Virus record (IMG/VR): IMGVR_UViG_3300037400_001181
Location: 1 to 39,253 of that record
DNA length: 39,253 bases
Strand: one strand, 5' to 3'
Source of the DNA: a virus
Shown here: positions 24,670 through 31,182 of the stretch, piece by piece
Layout of the letters: each line of letters begins with the position of its first letter
How positions within the stretch are numbered: position 1 is the stretch's first letter
The notes under the pieces: generated by a model
Seen by the model: the letters and a program-made list of their open reading frames with translations, nothing else
Databases searched by the model: none
Told to the model about the DNA's origin: nothing
Made by a program: the position numbers and the translations under genes

Positions 24670-24714
24670 TTAGGTTCACCCCCCCCCTTTTTTTCTCATT
24701 GACGCGGGCAGTGT

Positions 24715-25479
24715 TCAGCTGGCCAGCCCCTGGCACAGCAGGCGGAAGGTCTCTCTGCCCTTCGGCGTGACCAGCGTCTGGACGCCTGCCCACTGGGTTC
24801 TTTCGTTGACACATTCTTTCAACTCAAACAGGCCGTTGTTCTTGTTCTCGTAGGCCAGCAGCTTGCCTTTCTTATCCCGGTACAGGTACTTGTGCTCGAT
24901 GAGCCAGTTGACAAACTTCTTGGGCGGGATACCCAGCTGCTTTGCCGTCTCTCTGAAATTGGTCAGCAGGCCACGTTCAACCAGCTCATCGAAGTAGTCC
25001 GCCTTAGGCTGCAGGATTGCCTTGTCTACCGTCAGAGTGGCGTTGACGACCTCCAGCGCCTTGCGCTTATCCGTTTCTTCCTTCAAGGCAGTCACCACTT
25101 GAAGCAGGTAGTCCGGGTTGAGAATGGCCGCCTCCAACGTCTCCTGCGTCATGTAGGCTCCGGTCTTGCGGATGGACGGGATGACGTCATGCGTAATCCA
25201 GTGCTTAAACTCCTTCGCCCCAGGCAGTTTGCTGGAGAGGATAAGACAGTACAGGCCGGACTCGTTGATGATGGTCATATTGGGGTTGCCACGATTACCG
25301 TCGGGATTCACGACGGTATTCTTATCCTCCTTTTCGACATGGCGGTCGAGCGCGTCCCGGGTGTTGCTATACCCCAGCGCTTCCGCCACGTCCTTTCCAA
25401 CAAAACAAGGCTCGTTGTCGATCTCAATAGTTCTCACCTGACCAAAGGTCGGGTTCTCAAATACTTTCAGTTCGTTCAA
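24715..25479 (-). CDS. Antirepressor (Bro-N + KilA-C/ANT domains)
   Basis: 254 aa, TTG start 7 nt after AAGGAGG. FENPTFGQVRTIEIDNEPCFVGKDVAEALGY is Bro-N-like. The C-terminal half is KilAC-like. Confidence 0.85.
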   Translation of the reverse strand: MNELKVFENPTFGQVRTIEIDNEPCFVGKDVAEALGYSNTRDALDRHVEKEDKNTVVNPDGNRGNPNMTIINESGLYCLILSSKLPGAKEFKHWITHDVIPSIRKTGAYMTQETLEAAILNPDYLLQVVTALKEETDKRKALEVVNATLTVDKAILQPKADYFDELVERGLLTNFRETAKQLGIPPKKFVNWLIEHKYLYRDKKGKLLAYENKNNGLFELKECVNERTQWAGVQTLVTPKGRETFRLLCQGLAS

Positions 25480-25504
25480 TTATGTTCCTCCTTTTAATTC
25501 TCAG

Positions 25505-25885
25505 TGGACTTTCGCTCAATTTTGAGTGAAAGTCTAGTTAGCTACTTCGTCCGGATTTCGGACGAAGGATACCAAGGGGTCACGGAAACGGTGACTCCTA
25601 GGGGTCGTGAAACGCGACCCCATCTCAACCCGCTCAAGGGGTGTCCATTTCAGACCCCCTACCGTCGCGTTTCACGACGGTAGTCATAGCAACCCACTTA
25701 GAATCGAGCCAAAGCTCAGGGTCAAAATGCCCCGGAGTTTGGGCACACGACTCCTATGGGGTCACGAATCGTTACCCCACCCCAACCCGCTCAATTTTGA
25801 GAGAAAGCCTAGTCAGCTGCTTCGGACGGATTTCGGACGCACAAACTCTGTAGATACCAAGCGTACGAATTTCGTTCGGCTGGGT
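25505..25885. other. Hairpin-dense, repeat-containing non-coding region (candidate structured RNA or operator array)
   Basis: At least 7 hairpins: 25507-34, 25545-67, 25576-98, 25601-21, 25638-58, 25659-83, 25758-78. Direct repeats 25513-25576 and 25788-25861. 15-nt inverted repeat 25604-18 / 25664-78. No convincing ORF. Confidence 0.6.
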
Positions 25886-25889
25886 TAGA

Positions 25890-26183
25890 TCACACCTCCA
25901 GATATAGGCCCACATTCACCTCAACACGAATCTTCGCATCGGGTCTGTCTTGCTGAATCTTCTCAATCCATTTTGACGCAGTTTCATATTTAGACCCAGG
26001 AGACAGTTTGATAATGAATACGACTGGGCGCAGGTGCGGTGCTGGGGTGCAACTCTTCGGGAGTTCACTAAACCTCTCGACTTCTTTCTTGGGCATCAGG
26101 ATTTTATATGGCGGGTCCGGAATCGGAATGCGTGCATCTCTTTTTATCACACGTCTCACCTCCAAACTTGTTTGCCCCTTCAT
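25890..26183 (-). CDS. Doubtful hypothetical ORF (97 aa)
   Basis: Open frame only. Neither Met candidate has a Shine-Dalgarno sequence, unlike nearly all other genes here. Confidence 0.25.
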   Translation of the reverse strand: MKGQTSLEVRRVIKRDARIPIPDPPYKILMPKKEVERFSELPKSCTPAPHLRPVVFIIKLSPGSKYETASKWIEKIQQDRPDAKIRVEVNVGLYLEV

Positions 26184-26230
26184 TCCGTGGTAGGATATAG
26201 GATGATAATAGAAGAAAGGGGTGTTTTATT

Positions 26231-26626
26231 TTGGAATTATCTACACTGTCTATTTGCATCAGCGTCGCTGTTGCTTTTGCCGCGATCATCTCACCCATCA
26301 TCGTCACGATCTTAAATAATCGCCATCAACTCAAACTAAAAAAACTCGAATTAGAGCAGCAGCACTTTGAGCGGACTACTATGCACAAGCGTGAGCTCGT
26401 CGAGAATTACCTCCGTGCTACGGGCGCTCTTTTGGCTTGTCAAGATGTTTCGACGGGAAAGGAATATGGGAACTATTACTTCAAGACCCTTCTGTATGTT
26501 GGTGGTGACACTAGAGCTTGGATGGAAAATGTGAACACATATATTGATCTGGGCAATTTTGAAGCCGCTGCCACTCAACTTGGAAAAGCTATTCCAGAGA
26601 TAGAACGGTTCGTACAAAGACTGTGA
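26231..26626 (+). CDS. N-terminally membrane-anchored protein (131 aa), plus-strand moron
   Basis: TTG start after GAAAGGGG. TM segment LSICISVAVAFAAIISPIIVTIL, then a helical soluble part. AT-richer sequence. Confidence 0.55.
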   Translation: MELSTLSICISVAVAFAAIISPIIVTILNNRHQLKLKKLELEQQHFERTTMHKRELVENYLRATGALLACQDVSTGKEYGNYYFKTLLYVGGDTRAWMENVNTYIDLGNFEAAATQLGKAIPEIERFVQRL

Positions 26627-26759
26627 GCGCCACACACACGACAAAGACATATACAACGTAAATTACAGCACCTTCAGGCGCTATTTTCGCCATAATCCCA
26701 ATGCATACGATTCCCACAAGGTAAAACGCCAAAAGGACGATTGTCCAGCAAAGGCTCAC
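26589..26759 (-). CDS. Unlisted small two-TM protein (56 aa)
   Basis: GTG at 26759 is 6 nt after AGGAGG. My translation is MSLCWTIVLLAFYLVGIVCIGIMAKIAPEGAVIYVVYVFVVCVALTVFVRTVLSLE. It is below the 60-aa ORF-track cutoff. Confidence 0.4.
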   Translation of the reverse strand: MSLCWTIVLLAFYLVGIVCIGIMAKIAPEGAVIYVVYVFVVCVALTVFVRTVLSLE

Positions 26760-26779
26760 ACCTCTCGCCTCCTCTCAAC

Positions 26780-26953
26780 TCACTTAATGTGCAGAACCTT
26801 CCTCCACACGAATTCAGTAGCTGACTTCATCTCTTCATCAGATGGAGTCAGTTCTCTTTTTGACAGGATGTACGCCAGCGAATGGGCCCGGACATAATAG
26901 TCCAACCATTTCAGGGCACAGACCGCCGTGGTAATCGCCAATAGAATCGTCAT
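26780..26953 (-). CDS. Small membrane protein (57 aa)
   Basis: ATG at 26953 is 8 nt after GAGGAGG. MTILLAITTAVCALKWL... is an N-terminal TM segment. Confidence 0.5.
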   Translation of the reverse strand: MTILLAITTAVCALKWLDYYVRAHSLAYILSKRELTPSDEEMKSATEFVWRKVLHIK

Positions 26954-26972
26954 TTTTCTCACCTCCTCGCAA

Positions 26973-26987
26973 GTGATTATAAATCAC
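26973..26987. promoter_or_regulatory. Distal operator-like palindrome GTGATT-ata-AATCAC
   Basis: Perfect 15-bp palindrome with the same half-sites as the one at 27218-27232. It overlaps the cro-like stop codon. Confidence 0.45.
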
Positions 26988-27193
26988 TCTCTGTTGAAAA
27001 AAATTTGGCCTGTCTCCACATCAGTAAGGCGAAGTAACTGCTTGAGCTTGGCAATCTCGGACGCCTTAAACTCACTCTCGTTTGTCATTTTCAAGAAAAG
27101 CCCATTCCGACTCAATCCGAGATACTCTGCAACCCAAGACAGCTTAATACCCTGTTCTGCAATGAGTTCTTTCAGGCGCAATGTGTCTGTCAT
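26984..27193 (-). CDS. Cro-like HTH regulator
   Basis: 69 aa from the internal ATG at 27193, MTDTLRLKELIAEQGIKLSWVAEYLGLSRNGLFLKM.... Divergent from the repressor gene. Confidence 0.65.
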   Translation of the reverse strand: MTDTLRLKELIAEQGIKLSWVAEYLGLSRNGLFLKMTNESEFKASEIAKLKQLLRLTDVETGQIFFNRE

Positions 27194-27217
27194 ACTCACA
27201 CCCCCTTTGGTTTGATA

Positions 27218-27232
27218 GTGATTCTCAATCAC
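27218..27232. promoter_or_regulatory. Operator palindrome GTGATT-ctc-AATCAC
   Basis: Perfect inverted repeat just downstream of the minus-strand -10 element. Extra half-sites GTGATT at 27253 and AATCAC at 27305 lie inside the two promoter spacers. Confidence 0.55.
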
Positions 27233-27238
27233 ACCCAT

Positions 27239-27267
27239 ATAATAGCACGATGGTGATTCTGTGTCAA
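27239..27267 (-). promoter_or_regulatory. Early lytic promoter (cro side)
   Basis: On the minus strand: TTGACA, 17-nt spacer, TATTAT. Confidence 0.65.
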
Positions 27268-27295
27268 CCCCCAGGGACAAAAACGAAAGAAATAG

Positions 27296-27324
27296 TTGAC
27301 ATACAATCACGCGCGCAATATAAT
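27296..27324 (+). promoter_or_regulatory. Repressor-gene promoter
   Basis: TTGACA (27296-27301), 17-nt spacer, TATAAT (27319-27324), followed by an AAAGGAG RBS and the ATG at 27351. Confidence 0.7.
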
Positions 27325-27350
27325 GGTGGCAGTTAAAGGAGATTGCCACT

Positions 27351-28142
27351 ATGACATTATATGAACGAATTAGACATCGCCGCGAGCAGCTAGGCATATC
27401 CCAAGGGCAACTGGCAGAAGAACTAGGCTATACAAATCGCTCCACCATCGCAAAAATCGAATCGGGGAAGAACGACATTACCCAGTCAAAGATTGTTGCT
27501 TTTGCACACGCGCTATCTACGACCCCGCAGTATCTGATGGGCTGGACAGACGACCCCTACGACTACGACAACGACCCTAACGGGGTGCTGGCCAGTATAC
27601 CAAGCAACGTCCGCAAAGAACTGACCAAACTTCATCCGGATGACCCGGAGGCTGTTTGGCACGCCTGGGAAGCTATTATAAACGACCATGATGCGGGAGA
27701 CACATCCACCCCCACACCTCCTGAATACCGCTACGACAACATCTTCCCCATCACGACCAAGCGTGTGCCCTTTCTGGGCAGTATCGCCTGTGGCGAACCT
27801 GTTTTCGCAAACGAGGAACACGAGCTATATGTAGAGGTCGGCACCAATGTCCACGCCGATTTTTGTTTACAAGCTGCCGGTGACTCAATGATTGGGGCAA
27901 GGATACATGACGGCGACATCGTGTTCATCCGGAAGCAGGATATGGTGGACAACGGCGAAATCGCCGCCGTGATTATAGAGGACGAGGCAACCCTAAAACG
28001 TGTGAATTATTACCCTGACAAGAACCTGCTCATCCTACACGCCGAGAATCCCAGCTACAAAGACCTCATCTATACGGACGCTGAGCTTGACCAGATTGTC
28101 ATACTTGGCAAGGCGGTGGCGTTTCAAAGTGATGTGAGATAA
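27351..28142 (+). CDS. cI/LexA-type repressor (XRE HTH + S24 peptidase)
   Basis: 263 aa. HTH LGISQGQLAEELGYTNRSTIAKIESG; S24 motifs AAGDSM (Ser) and ATLKRV (Lys). Confidence 0.9.
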   Translation: MTLYERIRHRREQLGISQGQLAEELGYTNRSTIAKIESGKNDITQSKIVAFAHALSTTPQYLMGWTDDPYDYDNDPNGVLASIPSNVRKELTKLHPDDPEAVWHAWEAIINDHDAGDTSTPTPPEYRYDNIFPITTKRVPFLGSIACGEPVFANEEHELYVEVGTNVHADFCLQAAGDSMIGARIHDGDIVFIRKQDMVDNGEIAAVIIEDEATLKRVNYYPDKNLLILHAENPSYKDLIYTDAELDQIVILGKAVAFQSDVR

Positions 28143-28195
28143 TAATGTCACCCATTATGGGTGTGGGTTGAAATTGAAAGAAAGAGGATAAAAGT

Positions 28196-28573
28196 ATGAT
28201 TGATTTTGGCAAGTCCGCAGTCTTTAAGCTGACGCTAGACAAAAAACCTGATTTGAGCTTGGTAAATGACATTCTAGTTTCTGGTGAAGAGGTATACCAA
28301 ACGTATACGACCGTTCGAGACAAAGTGATCTTCACAAATAAGCGTGTTATCGCCATCAATATTCAGGGGCTCATTGGCACCAAGAAAGACTTCACGTCTC
28401 TCCCGTATTCCAAGATTCAGGCATTCTCAGTTGAAACCGCCGGAACGTTTGACCTGGACGCCGAACTCGACCTTTGGTTTTCTTCGGTCGGAAAAGTTCG
28501 GTTTGAGTTCAGCAAGAATAGCAACGTAGGCGAGCTAAATCGTGCTATCAGCGAATATGTGTTGAACAATTAA
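28196..28573 (+). CDS. Bacterial PH-domain protein (YokE-like)
   Basis: 125 aa. VIFTNKRVIAINIQGLIGTKKDFTSLPYSKIQAFSVETAG fits the bPH pattern. Confidence 0.65.
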   Translation: MIDFGKSAVFKLTLDKKPDLSLVNDILVSGEEVYQTYTTVRDKVIFTNKRVIAINIQGLIGTKKDFTSLPYSKIQAFSVETAGTFDLDAELDLWFSSVGKVRFEFSKNSNVGELNRAISEYVLNN

Positions 28574-28597
28574 ATCAACCCACACCGGAAACATCGG

Positions 28598-28626
28598 TTG
28601 AAACATTTTCCTGTATCGTGTAATAT
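28598..28626 (+). promoter_or_regulatory. Sigma-70-like promoter
   Basis: TTGAAA, 17-nt spacer, TAATAT, upstream of the gene starting at 28684. Confidence 0.4.
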
Positions 28627-28683
28627 GTCATTAGATGCCGTAAATTGACGAAATGCGGTAAATTTAACATGAGAAGGAGATAA

Positions 28684-29559
28684 ATGTTTATGGCTACGTT
28701 CGGTACATTATTGATTTTGCTGAGCTTGCTAGGGTTCGTGGTCTGCATCGTTCTGCTGATTCGAGCCCTCATCAAGAAAGAGGATAGGAAGAAGTGGACG
28801 CTCGGCCTGCTGATCTGCTTTGTTTTGGTCATCGTGAGCGCTATCATGATTTCGGCGGGAGGTTCTTCCAATGGCACTTCGGCATCCTCTGGCAGCGCTT
28901 CCGCATCGTCCAGCATTTCCGATGCTTCCATCAGTTCCGCAAGCACGTCCGCAGAACCGGCGGAAGAAGACCCGGAACCCAACACTTCGGCCATGGTCGA
29001 TTCCATCGCTCGGCAGGCAAAAGCTGACGCGGAGAACGCTTCCGACGCTGACTTGAAAAAAGCCTACGCCTACATCAAGGCCAACTACAAAGACTGCTTC
29101 GGTGACAACGAAACTATGGAGCAGATGATGTACAATGGCTGGCTGCTGGAGTACGCCTATGACGGCAACGAGTCTATGCGGGACTACTACAATCTCGGCA
29201 TGGACGCAGAGCAGTTGGTCAAGTACGTCTACCGTGGCGCTGAGACGAAGGATGACCAGAGCACCCAGGAGAATATCAAGCAGATTGAGGAGTCTATCCA
29301 GAAGATCGAACCAAAGACCGAGAAGAAAGAAACCAAAAAGCAGACCAAAACCGCACCTGCTGAGACAAAGCAGCCGGAGCAAACACCGGTAGAAACGCCG
29401 CAGGAAGCCCAGGACACCGAGGAACGTGTGTGGATCCCGACAAACGGCGGGAGCAAGTATCACTCCAATCCGGGTTGCAGCAAGATGAAGAATCCGCAGG
29501 AAGTGACGATCTCCCAGGCGAAAAGCCGCGGGTTTACCGCTTGCAAGAGATGCTACTGA
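28684..29559 (+). CDS. Two-TM membrane protein with Ser-rich and Lys/Glu/Thr/Pro-rich linkers and a C-terminal Cys/His motif domain
   Basis: 291 aa with an AAGGAG RBS. TM segments near residues 5-28 and 38-58. C-terminus is GGSKYHSNPGCSKMKNPQEVTISQAKSRGFTACKRCY. Confidence 0.7.
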   Translation: MFMATFGTLLILLSLLGFVVCIVLLIRALIKKEDRKKWTLGLLICFVLVIVSAIMISAGGSSNGTSASSGSASASSSISDASISSASTSAEPAEEDPEPNTSAMVDSIARQAKADAENASDADLKKAYAYIKANYKDCFGDNETMEQMMYNGWLLEYAYDGNESMRDYYNLGMDAEQLVKYVYRGAETKDDQSTQENIKQIEESIQKIEPKTEKKETKKQTKTAPAETKQPEQTPVETPQEAQDTEERVWIPTNGGSKYHSNPGCSKMKNPQEVTISQAKSRGFTACKRCY

Positions 29560-29698
29560 CAAAAGATGCTACTGAGTAACATCACCCCGCCGGAATTACT
29601 ATCATTTCGGCGGGGTTGCCAAAATGATGATGAATGGCAAAAAACCGCCCCGGAGCCGGAACGCCAGGGCGGTTAAAAATAGAAAGGAGAAGGATAAA

Positions 29699-30871
29699 AT
29701 GGCAAAAAGAAAAGCCCCCAACGGGGCTGGGAGCATACGGAAGCGGTCAGATGGTCGCTGGGAGGGTCGGTACACTGCCGGATACGACGGCGGTACAGGG
29801 AAGCCCATCCGGCGCACGGTCTATGGCAGAACCCAGAAGGAAGTCAGGCAAAAGCTGACCGACGTCTCTCGGGCGTTGGACACCGGCACCTACCAAGAGC
29901 CGTCCTCTCTGACCGTGGCAGAATGGCTGGAAGAGTGGCTGACCGTATTCTGCGTGAACAAGGTAAAGCCCCTCACGATGACCAGCTATCGGGGTATCGC
30001 CAAGAACCACATCAATCCCAGGATTGGAGCCGTGCGGCTCCAGGACGTGCGGGGGACGCAGATACAAAGGCTGTACAACGATATGCTCCAGAATGGGTCA
30101 AGCCCCAAGACGATCAAGAATGTTGGAGCTGTCCTGCACAAGGCGTTCGCCGTGGCTCGAAAACAAGGCTATATCCAAATCAACCCCTGCGACAATGCGG
30201 AGCTGCCTAAGGTCGAGCGAAAAGAGATCAAGCCGCTGACCGAAGCTGACATCCCGCTGTTTCTCCGCGCCTGCTCTGGGTCGCCGATGGGCAACGCCTA
30301 TGCGCTCTGCCTGCTGGCTGGGTTGCGTGAGGGGGAGTGCATGGGGCTGGCCTGGGACGACGTAGACTTCGAGCGGGGACTCATCACCGTCCGCCAGCAG
30401 CTGCAAAAGCAGAAAGAGCGAGGCGGCACGTATTACATAGCGCCAACGAAGAGCAGTAAAATCCGTGTCGTCGCCCCACCCCCTATCGCCTTTGACTATC
30501 TCCGACTCGAGTGGGCAAAGCAAGCGCAAAACCAACTCAAGCACGGGGACGTTTGGGACAACCCATGGAACCTGGTGTTCACAAATGAAATCGGTGAGCA
30601 CTACAAAACTTTCACCTTCTACAGGCGCTTCAAGGCCATTGCCCAGGCGATTGGCAGGCCAGACGCCAGGCCACATGACCTGCGGCACACGGCGGCGACT
30701 GTGGCGATCGCGAACGGAGTTGATATTAAGAGCGTCCAGTCTATGCTAGGCCATGCGACGGCCTCCTTCACCTTGGATGTTTACGCCCATACTTCCCAAA
30801 AGATGATGGAAGCCAGCGCCGCAAAGGTGCAAGGCTTCTATGACAAGCTCAAAAATCAGAAAAGCGGCTAA
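29699..30871 (+). CDS. int: Tyrosine integrase with N-terminal arm-binding domain
   Basis: ATG at 29699 follows AAAGGAGAAGG. GSIRKRSDGRWEGRY is an arm-type DNA-binding domain. HDLRHTAAT and LGH...LDVYAH are catalytic motifs. Confidence 0.9.
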   Translation: MAKRKAPNGAGSIRKRSDGRWEGRYTAGYDGGTGKPIRRTVYGRTQKEVRQKLTDVSRALDTGTYQEPSSLTVAEWLEEWLTVFCVNKVKPLTMTSYRGIAKNHINPRIGAVRLQDVRGTQIQRLYNDMLQNGSSPKTIKNVGAVLHKAFAVARKQGYIQINPCDNAELPKVERKEIKPLTEADIPLFLRACSGSPMGNAYALCLLAGLREGECMGLAWDDVDFERGLITVRQQLQKQKERGGTYYIAPTKSSKIRVVAPPPIAFDYLRLEWAKQAQNQLKHGDVWDNPWNLVFTNEIGEHYKTFTFYRRFKAIAQAIGRPDARPHDLRHTAATVAIANGVDIKSVQSMLGHATASFTLDVYAHTSQKMMEASAAKVQGFYDKLKNQKSG

Positions 30872-30892
30872 TTGGGGTCAGCGTTGGGGTCA
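30872..30892 (+). repeat. Two direct TTGGGGTCA repeats (candidate integrase arm-type sites, P arm)
   Basis: TTGGGGTCAgcgTTGGGGTCA with 12-bp phasing, starting right after the int stop codon. Confidence 0.55.
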
Positions 30893-30942
30893 ACTCTCAA
30901 AAGCCGTAACTTTTTGCGTCAAAACCCGTTAAAGACAAAGAA

Positions 30943-30976
30943 AAAACGACCAAAATCAGAAGATTTCAGTCGTTTT
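30943..30976. terminator. Bidirectional terminator hairpin abutting the tRNA-like end
   Basis: aaaacgac / gtcgtttt outer stem with an aaatc / gattt inner stem. On the minus strand it starts 2 nt after ...CCA and is followed by a T-rich run. On the plus strand it follows int. Confidence 0.55.
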
Positions 30977-30978
30977 CT

Positions 30979-31001
30979 TGGCGGAGAAGGAGGGATTTGA
31001 A
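30979..31001 (-). other. attP core: 3'-terminal 23 nt of a tRNA (T-loop, T-stem 3' strand, acceptor 3' strand, discriminator G, CCA)
   Basis: Minus strand reads TTCAAATCCCTCCTTCTCCGCCA. No D or anticodon arms lie upstream, so it is a fragment. Acceptor GGAGAAG with G73 would fit tRNA-Ser, but that assignment is tentative. Confidence 0.65.
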
Positions 31002-31115
31002 TTCTAAATTTGATAACTATATATCGCAAGTATCATCAATTCTATGATATTTTTGCTTATTCCCGCAACTTTTACTACTGATTTTACGCTATGTCCTCAT
31101 GCCTTATTAAGCTAG

Positions 31116-31136
31116 TTGGGGTCAAAATTGGGGTCA
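31116..31136 (+). repeat. Two direct TTGGGGTCA repeats (candidate arm-type sites, P' arm)
   Basis: TTGGGGTCAaaaTTGGGGTCA, with the same 12-bp phasing and orientation as the pair at 30872-30892. Confidence 0.55.
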
Positions 31137-31139
31137 GAC

Positions 31140-31170
31140 AAAGCGCCTGGAGCATTGCCCCAGGCGCTTT
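31140..31170. terminator. Terminator hairpin downstream of the endolysin gene
   Basis: aaagcgcctgg / ccaggcgcttt 11-bp stem with T-rich flanks (tttgtttcg on the plus strand, tttgtctg on the minus strand). Confidence 0.6.
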
Positions 31171-31182
31171 GTTTCGTTCTAT

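Noticed and set aside
25607-25888. 93-aa plus-strand ORF inside the hairpin region
   Set aside because: It has no RBS, and its frame is kept open by GC-rich palindromes. The peptide is low-complexity (R/P/S/H-rich) and overlaps every hairpin.
25500-25889. Possible CRISPR array or type III antitoxin RNA repeat array
   Set aside because: There is no constant repeat length or regular repeat-spacer periodicity. The direct repeats are 275 bp apart and only about 85% identical. No cas gene or ToxN-like gene is adjacent. I kept the region as an unexplained structured region instead.
28729-29562. 277-aa minus-strand ORF
   Set aside because: It is antisense to the plus-strand membrane protein gene, which has a promoter, an RBS and TM/linker architecture. 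The antisense product is an R/L/G-rich artefact.
30979-31001. tRNA gene
   Set aside because: Only the 3' 23 nt are present (T-loop through CCA). The sequence beyond the T-loop does not form a T-stem 5' strand, an anticodon arm or a D arm. I interpret it as the attP core copied from the host tRNA.
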